Assembly (NCBI RefSeq): GCF_000281045.1
Contig: NW_008246085.1
Location: forward strand, 603,053 to 667,052
DNA: 64,000 nt
Direction: 5' to 3'
DNA from: Saprolegnia diclina VS20
Lineage: Eukaryota
Position 1 is the first letter of the stretch, and every line of letters begins with the position of its first letter. The notes under the pieces were generated by a model that had not been told where the DNA came from, did no database searches, and saw only the letters and a program-made list of their open reading frames with translations. Shown here piece by piece: positions 11,220 to 22,708 of this stretch. The translations under genes and the position numbers were made by a program.

Positions 11220-12665
11220 CTAGTACATGGGGAAGGCTGGGTCGACGCGTGCTGCCCACGCGTCGAGGCCGCCTTCAATGTGCCACACGCGCGTCGTCGA
11301 CTGCAGCAGCAAGAGGGCGGCGTCGACCGAATCCACCCCCCGGCGGCAAAGTACGTACACTACAGTCGAAGAGGAAGACGCGTTGGAGGCGCGAGTGCGA
11401 CGTACCTGGCTTGGACGCAGGAACCTGCGAGAGGTGGGCGGGAAGCGCTTTCAGCGGGATGTTGACAGCGTCGCGCAAGTGGCAAATGGCAAATTGAACC
11501 GGCTCGCGCACGTCGAGGAGGCAATAGTCAGCCGGCGACGACGCACGTCGAAGGGCCGCGGCCAAGTCCTACAAGTGTCCATCAAGACGCTTTTCAAACG
11601 GCCCGGGTTCGAACCTCGACGCTCATTATGTGGTCGGGCGACAGCGACGACGGCAGCGCGCAGGTACGAGCACTAGTGGCCGCCGAGTCGTGCGCCGACA
11701 AGATCGTTGGGCTCTCGCCGCACACGGCGCAGTCCTTGCGCTTTGGCGGTAGCTGCATTAGGTTGAATTTGCATCTTCCGAGGCGAGCATCGCTAACACC
11801 TTGAAGTGGCGGACGCTGCCGTCGAAGGCGTCATAGAAGGCCTGCGTGCGGCTTAGCGGCGCGCCCATCCCAGTGAGGACTTTGACCACCTAGACATGTA
11901 CTGGCAACCAAGTGCAGGACGAGCGTCGCCACCTCCATCGCCTGCATGGAGCCGATGATGCCGGGCACGACGCCGAGCACGCCATTGTCCGAGCAGTTGC
12001 CAGTCTACGTCGTATCTCGCGTCAGCACCAATATCGCGAGGCGGAGCGTACGATGCCAGCGGGCATGGCGTTGGGGTAACAACACCGGTAGCACGGGCCA
12101 CCCTTGTAGTGGTATACGGTCACCTGCCCTTCCAAGCCCAACGCGCTCCCGCTCACGAGCGGCTTCTCTTCAAGGACACAGACGTCATTGACGAGGTACC
12201 GCGTCGCGACGTTGTCCGAAGCGTCGACGACGACATCGTAGCTACGCACAAGCTCGGCGGCGTTGGCAGCCGTGAGAAACACGGGGTATGTAGCCAGCGA
12301 GAGGTGCGGGTGGCGGCGCTGGAGCTCGTCACGGGCACTCTCGACCTTGAGCCGCCCGATAGCTGCCTGCGTGTGGAGCACCTGCCGATGCAAGTTGGTC
12401 TCATCGACAACGTCGCCATCGACGAGGCCAATGTGACCGACGCCCATACCACCGAGGTAAAGCAGCACGGGGCACCCGAGCCCGCCCGCGCCGACCACTA
12501 GAGCCACATGATGTTCGCCCTTGCATCGCGTTGTCTACCTAGCACGCGGGCCTCGAGGAGCGCCTTCTGCCGCTGGACGCCAAAGTCCGCAACGAGGAGC
12601 TGGCGGCTGTACCGGCGGTTGGCATCAGCGCCGAGCACCGTCTGGAAGCCGTCATTTGCCATCAT
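11220..12665 (-). CDS. MOCS3: MOCS3/UBA4 adenylyltransferase-sulfurtransferase (ThiF + rhodanese)
   Basis: [47 protein letters not shown], rhodanese loop CRRGVDS, C-terminus [17 protein letters not shown]. Multi-exon. Confidence 0.95.
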
Positions 12666-12969
12666 ATTGCGTCTTTCTCGCTGCGGTCGGTATACAAACC
12701 ACAAGAGAGCCCGAAATAGAACGCAATGCCGTTAAACAGGGTTTACTCACCACATCGCCGTCGACGGGCGTCGAGAAGAGGGAGCGATAGCATGGCAACG
12801 AGACAAGCAAGTACAAGCAAAGCACCGGCTGTGCACATGCTACGATTGCGCTGCAGACGCCTTGTGAGTGCGGCCGTGTCGTGCTGGTAGAGGCCGCGCG
12901 CCGTCGAATAACGCGTTAAATGCGATCATACTGCGTTTTTTGTTTCCGTCATCCAGTTTGCAACGTGCC

Positions 12970-15303
12970 ATGAGCAGCAGCGAGAGCGAGCGCCGAACTG
13001 CGAGCGAGCCCAGCGGCAGCCCGCGCCTCCAAAGACAGAACTCGTCGTCGTCGTCCGTGGCGTCGACTTCGCTCCTCCGGAGCAACTCGAGCTTCCGAGG
13101 CGCGCTGCCAGGTATGCTCGAAGGCCGCTTTCTCGGGGTCCTCGCGTCCGGCCTCGTCGACAAGCGGCGCGAAGGCGCGGTCCGCGCCGGGTTTGCGCGC
13201 CGCCTCTTCATTCTCAGTGTGCGTGGGCTCCATTACTACCGCAAAGGCGACGAACAAGAGGTCTTTGGCACGGAGCGCGGCCAGCTGCCGCTCAAGGACG
13301 TCGGGTATGCCAAGGTCGTGCCCGAGGAAGAGGCGCCGTACGGCACCATCGAGGCCGGCGTCGACTCGCACTTTGTGGGCATCTTCTCCAAGCAGCACAC
13401 GCTCACGTGGTTCCTCCGCGTCGAGTCGGCCGAGTCGGCCAAGTACTGGGCCACGTCCGTGAACGCAGCGCTCGAGATTGGCAAGAAGAAGGCGTTCCCG
13501 ACGGAATGGACCGCCGAGATGCTCGACATGTACACCAAGATTGCTGTCGGCGTGCCCGCGTCCCCGGAGGTCAGCGACGGTCGCCAGCCGACGCCGGCCG
13601 CAGTGGCTGCCCCCAGCGGCAGCCTCCCGCCGTCCCCGTTCTGGGTAGGCACAGCTCCATGTATGTATTCGTCGGCTCAGGATGCATTACTAGAACATGC
13701 AACCCATTGTGCTCGGGCTCTCCATGTCGACGGCGGCGGGGCGCGAGCGTCTCCTTACGCGCAAGCTCGAGCTCGAGAAGGACGTGCTCCTCGGACCGAT
13801 TCCGCTCAGCCTCAAGGTCAAGGAAGCGTGCTACTTTATCATGAACAACCAGGACGTTGTCGTCTTGCCGCACGCGCAGCTGGCGCCGATCATCGCGTCC
13901 GTCGACGCGTCGGGCCGCGGCAGCCTCGAGTGCGTCCTCAAGGGTGCGCGCACGGCCATCACTGGTACTACTACAAGCTCCATCGCCTCGCTGATTGGTT
14001 GTACCTAGTGGTTGCGCACGTGACGCGCGTCGTGTCACGCGTGCCGTCCGCGACCCTCGCGCCCGAGCGGCCGCCAGTGCCGAGCCTGTTTACGACGTCG
14101 ACGACCTTTGGCGCGCTGTACCTTGTGAGCTGCGGCATTGCGCTCGCCTTCTCGCCGCCGTTCCAGGGCGTCATGAAGGTCACTGCCACGCTTGGCGTGC
14201 TCCTCGCGCTCTCGGTGCTCGGCGTCGCGTACCTCGACTATGCGCAGCTGGCGTCGGTGCTCCAAGCGTCGGCGGCCCGCGAGTCGCCGCCGTCGCCCAG
14301 CGCCAGTCTCTACAATGTCGTTCTGCGCGTTGCGTCCGTGGACCTCTTGTCGCCGGACGAAGCCGCCGAGAGCGCGACGACCGAAGCCGAGACCGCCGAC
14401 CAGCGCCCCGAAGTCGACGACGAGGAAGACGCTGTCGTCGTGTCGGTGCCCGTGCGGCCCGACGTGATCCCGGAGCTGGCGTTCTCGCCGCGCTTCCTTG
14501 CAGCTGAGAAGGGCGACGAGGCCAAAGGTCGCGCGCGCTACGAGGCGACTCTGCAGTGGCGCCGCGAGAACCACGTCGACGGGATCCTCTACGAGGTGCA
14601 GCCGCATTTCCACCTCATCAAGCAGTGCTACCCGCAGTACTTCCACGGCCGGTCCAAAAATGTATACGCCGTATCGTTTCAACTTGATACTTATGAGAGT
14701 AGGGCAACTGCGTCTACTACGAAAAGCTCGGCAAAATCGACCTCAAGCGCCTCAAGAGCGCCGGCCTGAGCTTGGACCAGCTGCTGCGCCACTACATGTA
14801 CATCACCGAGTACCTCTGGCTCATTCTCGAGCCGTCCGACACGGGCCGGACCATCTCGGTGCTGGACGCCGAGGGCGTCGGGTTCTACGACCTCACGGGC
14901 GAGGTCATGGAGTTTGTTCGGCGGGCGATGGCGTTCGTGTCGGCGCACTACCCGGAGCGCAGCGCGCAGATCTTCATCGTCAACGTCCCGACGTGGTTCA
15001 ACGTCATCTGGAAGGGCATTAGCCCGCTCGTCGACCCTGTCACGAAGGAGAAGGTCGCTCGAGCTCTCTCCACCGCGGAGGCTCATCGCGCGTAGATTCG
15101 CATCTGCAAGGGCAAGATGGTCAAGGAAGAGCTGCTCAAGTCGATTGATATCGCCGAGCTACCCGCTGGTATGCAGTGTATTTTCCACTGGATAGAGCAT
15201 TACGGTGAGAATGCGTGTAGACTATGGCGGCGACGGCCCCGCGCTCGGCGGCTCGGCGGAAGAGAAGGCGCTCGCGGCGTACGTCGATCAGTTTACCCAC
15301 TAA
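12970..15303 (+). CDS. PH domain + two TM helices + CRAL-TRIO (Sec14) lipid-binding protein
   Basis: PH: SGLVDKRRE...FARRLFILSVRGLHYY...FLRVESAESAKYWATSV. Hydrophobic hairpin at about 14105-14240. Sec14: RFLAAEKGDEAKGRARYEATLQWR, VYYEKLG, HYPERSAQIFIVNVPTWFNVIWKGISPLVDPVTKEKI, ELPADYGG. Confidence 0.88.
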
Positions 15304-15359
15304 GAGGCGTGAATTTGACGCGTTTACCCTGTACCTCTTCCATATGCATAATATTAACT

Positions 15360-18300
15360 ATGAGAGGGACCCGCATCCGCACCCGCGATTCTTGGACGAC
15401 GATGTTCGATGGGACCGACGACGACGGGAGCCTCGAAGACCTCGAGCGAGAACTCGCCGAGTGCGAGCAAGAGCTCGTGCTATGGAAGCTCCGCCGCTCC
15501 CGCGCTCTGAAGAAGCGAGCGCTCGAGGCGCTGCCAAGCCCGAGCCCCGACGCGTCGCCCGTCGCCGAGCTGCCGATGGAGCCAAGAACCGAGACGTCGC
15601 TGCAAGCAATTGCGAGCTCACCAGTGCGAAGCCACAGTCCGCAATCGTCGAGCCCATCCGCCCATTTGGTACCTGTGCAGAGCCCGTTGCCAGCGCCGAT
15701 TGCGAGCCCATCGCAAGCCGAGCCAACAACGGTTCGAAGCGAGTTGCCATTGGCGCCCGTTGCCAGCCCAGAACCAAGCGCGAGTCCGACCATGTCGTCC
15801 CATCTGACCATTTCCACGACCACGTCGGCGAGTGCAACGCCGCAACGCCTCACGTCGCCGCTGGGCCCGCTCCCGGACGAGGCCAGCCAAGAGGATCGGC
15901 GGCTCCTGGTCCAGAAACTCCGCGAAGAAAAAGCCAAAGTCGCCCGTCGCGAAAAGATCGCCGAGCTCGAGAAGGCCGCGGCCGAAGCGCTCAAGGTAGT
16001 CGATGACCTTCCTGCAGCATCGATCCTCATGAGCTGTGTAGAAGCAACGCATTGCGCGGGAGAAGCTGGAGCGCGTCAACCTGCAGCGCGCCGCCGCGCC
16101 GCCACCGATCCGCACGACACACACGAACAAGCGGCCGCTGCCCGTGTCTGCGACGCCGCCTCGGCACGCCAAGCGCCAAGTCATGCCCACCGACAAGCCG
16201 CTGGACCCCGAGGCATTGGCCCGTACGTCGTCCAACTCTTCACGCTCGCAATAACCACTGCGTCTAGTGCCCAAGGCCGTGGCGCTGCCGCTAGCGTCGC
16301 CTGGCGACCTCCTCTCGCACGTCTTCCGCGTCTGCACCCGGTCGCTCATGCAGTCCAACAAGGTATGTACTCGACAAACGACCGAATGGACCACCACCAC
16401 CGCATGTGCAGTCGCTCTCGGTGCCGCAGCTGCAAGTGCTCTGCCAAGAGTACTTTGGTAAGGAGTTTGGTCTTGTCGCGCAGGCCTGCGGCGTGGCGTC
16501 GGCCGACCTCGGCCAGCTCCTATCGCCTTACGCCTACTTCCGCGTCGCCGTCACTGGCCTCTCGGCGCCGTCATCGCCCGTCGACGCGCCAAGCAACGAG
16601 TGGCTCATCCCGTCATTGCGCTGCGACTCGGCCGGTACATACTCGAATGTCCTCGACATGTTAACGACGGGTGTGGTAGATGCACTCGCTGCATTTCTCC
16701 ACGCGTCGCGCGAAGGCGTGCTCGGCGTGCTCCAGCTCACGTCGGTCCTCGCGTCCAAAGAGAGTGCGCTTCTTGACGTTGTCAAGGCGCATGCGATGCT
16801 GCACGCTGCGGCGCCAAGGCGGACCTTCCTCGAGCTCTGCTGGCCGCGCGCCTCCGAGGTGACGATGCCGGCTCTCTCCAACGGACTCGTGTTTCTGCAT
16901 TTGCTCGAGCGGTCCGAAGCGACGCGTGGCGGCAGCGCGGCGGCAGCGACAAGCAGCACGCACCCGACGACGCCGTTTCCGCTGAGGGACGCGTCGCCGC
17001 TCGTCTCGCTGCGCTCGTTTCGGTTTACGCCGGCGTTTGCGACGCTGTACCCGACGACGTCGGTCTTGAGCAACGCGTTTGCCCACCGCATTGACCCCAA
17101 CAAGTCGGCGCCGTGACTGTACGTGGGGTATTCACGCGGTGCGTAGGGTGCTCTGTCCTTTTGAGCTCCACGGCGTCTGCAACGACGACCAGTGCAACTA
17201 CCAGCACGAGCGCGACTACGCCGTGTCGTCGTCGACAGCGCTGCAAGATCTCGGACGTCTCCACCCGCTGCCCGAGACGGACGCCAGTGCCAGTGCCGAG
17301 TCGATCGCGGCGGCGTGGGTCAGTACCGTGCAAGCCGCGTCAGCAGCAGCTTCGGACGTGCTTTTCCTCCGCGGGTCCAAGGCGCCGACCAAAGCGAGCG
17401 GGGCCCACCAAGCGTGGATGGACTTTACGCAGAGCCTCGTCTCGTTGCGCAAGATGGAGTATGACTTGGGTCTCGGCTACTTGGACGAGGTACACTGCTA
17501 GTAAATGGACCCGATCGCGACGACGACGTAGGATGAACTGCCAATGCCGAGTCCGAGTCCAATGACACCGCGCCCACACCAGCAGACGAGTCTTCGGGAT
17601 GCGGACCAAGATATGGAGGTCGATGACGACGAAGATTTTCTCGCGCTGCCGCCGGCCGAGCCGGTTGCGGTCCTGTCGGGGCAGCGCTACCACGCGAAGG
17701 AGTACCTTCAGCACGCCATTCACGTACGCTGCAAAGGAGCCGCTTTTGGCTTATCGACTGGTGGTAGGACTTGGAGCGACAGGTTGCGCTCAACCCCGAG
17801 GACGCCGATGCGTGGGTCTCGCTGGCGCTCATGCACCTCGACATGGAGCTGCCGCCGCACTTGTATGTCGACTGCTGTATCGGCTGCTGAGTGCAGCTTT
17901 CTTCTCGTAGGGACGACGTTGGCGTGGTCTCGAGCGACGCCCACCTCCGCCACGTACTTCAGGTCGGCCGCCTTCTCCACGGCAGCATCTCAAGACACGT
18001 AGGCGTTGCGGAGCCGGTTCCACGCAGCCTCGAAAGAAAAGGAGGATTTGGCGCTGGAGAAGACGCTGCACGTGCTCAGCCGCGCGCTGGAGATCGAGGC
18101 AAATGTATACAACAAGACGCTCTGGCGCCTCTACTTGGCTTTGTACCCAGACGACGCGACGCGCCAAGAGCTGGCGCAGGAAGCACTTCGTTTCCTGCCG
18201 GCGTCCCGGTCGCTCTGGCTCACCTTCTTGGACCGCGGGCGCTTCGAGTCGGTCGGCGTCGCCCAGGTGCTCTACTACCGGTCGATCGAAAAGCTGCTTC

Positions 18301-20310
18301 GGCACGGCGACCCGGACACGAGCTCTGCCATCGTGTACGCGCTCGTTCTGCGGCTCGTGGCCCTCTACGTTGGCGCGGGCCAGATCGCGGCGGCTTATTC
18401 GCTGCTCTTGTCACTCTTGGTACCCGAGAAGGCCGACGCCAAGCCCCTCTGCTTTGCGTCATTTGAGTTTCACGTGGCCGAGTACTGCCAGCTCTGGCTC
18501 CTCCTCGTGCATCTCGATGCCTTTGGACGCCTGCCCGACAACGTCTTGGAGAAGGCGACGGCGCTCGACTGGGTCGTCGTGCGCTGCGCCGAGCGACTGG
18601 CGTCCGACGCGATGCTGGCGCTGGCCGTGGCCAACATGCCCCAGGATGCGTCGCTCTTCAACGCGGTGCTCCTCCTTAATTACCTTGTGCTCTGGCCTGC
18701 TGCACGCGCCGACGTATTGCCCAAGCTTGTCGACGCGTTGTCGATGGCGTCCGTCGCCGACGACGACGTCGTGACGCTGCTGCATCACGCGCACACGATC
18801 GTCGGCGGTGACGCGGCGCTGCCGACACCGGCGTCGGACTCGCCGGCGCACCTTGTGTACAGCAAGAACGTGTCCAGCTTGTATCCGCGCGGAGCCGTCG
18901 ACGCGCCCGACGTGTGGGCTGACAAGCAGCTGCTGTCGTGGGCCGATGCGTTTATCGACGGAGAGGGAAGCGTCTTTACCGGCCTGGCGCTGCTCGAGTT
19001 CATTGCAGCAGTCGCGGGGTCGCCTGTCGCGTCGCGGCAGCTCGACTGGCTCTTGCAGCGGCCGCGATTCAAGTCGAGTGTTCATGTGCGTGCGCAGCAG
19101 ACGCTGTGGTGCTACCGTCTCCACCTCGAAGACGCTCTGGACGCGGTCGAGGCCGTATGGAAACGGTACTTGGCGTTCGCGGCCGACGACGCCATGCCCG
19201 TTGCGAGCGTCCGCGCGGCCGTCGACTGGTGTCTCTCGCCGCCAACCCATTCGGCGGCGCTGAAATTTGGCGTCTTCCAAGTGCTCCTCCGCGCGCTGCC
19301 GAGCTCGATGCATGCGGCGCTCTTTGCGCGGTATCTCTACGTCCTCGGCGGCCACCCGCCGTACCTCTTGGCCTTTGCGAGTAGACAAAAGATGCTACCT
19401 CTTATGGCAGAAACTGAGCGCTGTATGTGTAGGCACGTCGCTCACGGACCGCCACCGAAGCAGTCTCAAGCACGCGGTTCGTGCGTGTCTCGAGAATACG
19501 CACGTGGGCGACGCCGACCTCGTCGGCCTCGCTGTGCGCCTCGAGCTGCTCGTTGCGCCGACGCGCGCGTCGATGCTTCGTGTTCAGTCGCTCTTGCGGT
19601 CGTCGGTGCGGCGCAACCCCGTATCGGCTGCGCCGTGGCAGCTTGCGCTGTCGCTGGAGCTCGCGCTCGGAAAGCAAAAGGCGTACGCGGACGCTGCGTC
19701 CTTCTTGGCGCCGACGTGGGTCGAGTGTGGCGTCAACGTGAGCGCAATGAACCGAAGCCACGCTGCGTGGGCAACTGCCTCCGCCATTGACGTCTCGAGC
19801 CAGCGGCTCGTCCTGCTGCCGCCTTCGCTCTTGATGCTGGCGCACCTCGCCGAGCTGGATCTGTCGAGAAACTGCCTCTTGGAGCTGCCCGAAGCGCTCG
19901 GCCGGTCGTTCCCGCAGCTGCGAACCCTCAACGTGAGCTGCAATGCCCTGCGACGCCTGCCCGACGCGATCGGACACCTCAAGTCGCTCGAGGTCCTCGA
20001 CGTTGGCCACAACCACTTGACCGAGCTCCCGCTGCTGCTAAGCCACCTCACCAAGCTCACGGCGCTCGACGTCTCGTACAACCTCCTCGCGACCGTGCCC
20101 ATGACGCTGCGTGGCCTCAAGCAGCTGCGCCACCTCCGCGTCGCCGGCAACATTGCGGCCGTCGACGCGTGGCGGCGTGTCGTGCCTGGCGCGGGCCTGG
20201 ACGGCGGCAGCAGCTGCTCGCTTTGCCAGGACGGACGCCACACGCAGCGGCTCAATGGCGTTTTGCTCTGCCCCCGCTGCATCATTCAGGCAATGGCGCC
20301 CCTGCTCTAA
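15360..20310 (+). CDS. ZFC3H1/Red1-like C3H1 zinc-finger + HAT-like helical protein with C-terminal LRRs
   Basis: zf-C3H1 signature FAHRIDPNK-VLCPFELHGVCNDDQCNYQH. HAT-like segments LHVLSRALE...LWRLYLALY...ALRFLPASRSLWLTFL. The last exon has about 5-6 LxxLxLSxNxLxxLP repeats and CSLC...CPRC. Confidence 0.75.
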
Positions 20311-20362
20311 ATTTAATCGCAAAACTCTTTCCCATTTCAAGTCTGGTCTCAACCCCCGAACG

Positions 20363-22671
20363 ATGCAGAGCACGATGGCGTCGCCACCCAAAGCCAAAGC
20401 GCCGGACGCCGCCTTTCTCGAGAAGCTCGCCTTGGACGCGGGCCACGTGCATGTAGTCCCTGCATCTCGTGGCGCCACGTCATCGTACGCGCTTGTGTAG
20501 GTCGAGCTGGCGACGCCGGCCCGTCCGCTCAAGGTGCTCGTCGGGTACGCCCGTACAGGATGATGTCGAGAGCCATGGAGTGCGTAGGACGTGGAACGTC
20601 GGCAACAAGATGCCGCCGTCGACGCCCGAGGGCCTCCACGCGTGGATTCCGGAGCGTCCGTGCTGCGTTAGATTGAGTGGGTGCCAAGATGCTGCGGTAG
20701 ATGGCGGCGATTTTGACGTGATCGCTATCGGGCTCCAAGAGAGCTCGTTCAAGAAGCACGCAAGCAGCCACGAGGTGCTCGAGAAGACCGAGAGCATCGA
20801 CGATGAGGACGAAGACGACGACGACGCGACCGCCGCCGCCGACGTCGACCCGGCACCAGCAGAGCCCAATGAGGTAGCAGTAGCAGTGGAGACGACCGAG
20901 CTGCCGGTGCTCGTCAAGTCGGCGTCGTCCAAGCGCAGCCTCTTGCCCCACTACGCGTTTTTCCAGCAGCTCGAAGACCACGTCGGCGCCTCGTACACCG
21001 TCGCGGGCTCGATCGAGCTCATGGAAATTCGGCTCATCGTGTTCGTTCACACGCGAAACAAGGTGGGACCTCTCCGTCTCGGCGCCTCCTGACGCAAGCA
21101 ATAGTGCACCGACGTGGAGAAGACGACCGAAGCGACGGGCGTCGGCAACGTCATTGGCAACAAGGTACGACTCCATCTCTCGCCGCCGTTCCGACAACCC
21201 GTTAGGGCGGCGCGGTGCTCAAGCTCGTCGTCGACGGCGTCTCGCTCTGCTTTGTCAACTGCCACCTCGCGGCCCACGAAGCGCAAAAGTTCCTCGACCG
21301 CCGCAACAGCGACGTCGATATTAGCGGTGACGTGGCAGCGGCTCATGCGATTGCCTGATGTAGTGCGCCGAGATCCTCAACGGCGCGCGCATCGGGCACA
21401 AGTCGCTGAGCTTGGACCACCAGTTTGACCACGCGTTTTGGTTTGGTGACATGAACTACCGCATCAACCTCGAGTACTCGTCGCCGACAGCGTCCAAGGA
21501 CACGCACTGGGACGACGTCCATGCGCTCGTGCTCGCCAAGGTCCGTCTCGTCTCTTCCATGAAGGCTAATGAAATCCCGGTAGGACTATGCGCAGCTCAA
21601 CGCGAACGACCAGCTCGCGCACCAGCTCGCGGACGGAAAGGCGCTCGTGGGTTGGCACACGGCGCCGTGCCTCTTCCCGCCCACGTTCAAGCGCGTGCGC
21701 GGCCAAGTGCACGAATTTACAGTGCGTCGATGAACGTCGTCGCCAACTGAGTGCGTCGTAGCGCCAGCGCGTCCCGTCGTACTGCGATCGCATCCTGTGG
21801 ACGTCGCTGCCCGGCTACGCCAAGCACTTGACGCTCACACAATACGACTGCGTCGAGTCCATTACGACGAGGTACGACGAGCAACACTTTGGACGCGCCG
21901 TCGACAACATGTAGCGACCACAAACCGGTGTTTGGTGCGTTCGAGGTCGGGCGCTACGCGCCGCAGGTGCCTCCGACGCCAACGCGGCCGCACCAGGTTG
22001 GTCTACCTCGGTATCATGGTTGACGCAAGCGGCGTAGAGCTTGGAGGTGTCCTTTGCCGGCGTCTCGGCCGAGAACCTCCTCGCGATGGACTTGACGGGC
22101 ACGAGCGACCCTTACGTAACCACCTAGATATATCATGGACTATGCGACATGACCGAACTACTAGATCAAATTCTACTGCACGATCCCGGGGCTCCTCGTC
22201 GACGACGAGGCGGGCAAGCACCATCCGCACACCGGCATCGTCAAGGCCACCGTCAACCCTTCGTGCGTCCCGACTGCGATCACATCATTGGGCTAAGGCT
22301 AAAGTAGGTGGAGCGACGACGTCATGCCAACGCTCAAGATCAAGGCGCGGCTGCACGAGCTCGAGAAGGTGCATCTTGTGCTCGTGCTCATGGACTACGA
22401 CGCCACGTCCGCCGACGATGCCCTTGGTACAAAGCCATCTTCCGGCGGACATGAATGACCGAGAGTCGTAGGCGAAGTGGTGCTGTGCCTTGCTGACTTC
22501 TACGCGCAAGACGCCGGCGTCGACTTTGAGCGCAAAGTGGTCAAGAACGGGGTCGGCGCCGGCATCCTCCGCGGTACCGTCACGGTCACGCCGTCGACCA
22601 AGGCGCTGGCCGACTGGGAAAAGCCGCCGGGGTCGTCCGCCGTGCCGGGCTGCACGTGCGCCACCATGTAG
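20363..22671 (+). CDS. Inositol polyphosphate 5-phosphatase + C2 domain + CaaX tail
   Basis: TWNVGN, IAIGLQE, GNKGG, FVNCHLAAH, FWFGDMNYR, FPPTFK, PSYCDRILW, SDHKPV. C2: LLAMDLTGTSDPY...VLMDYDATSADDALGEV. C-terminus PGCTCATM. Confidence 0.92.
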
Positions 22672-22708
22672 CTAGGCAACTGTGCATAGAGAATGGTTAT
22701 ATAGTGCG

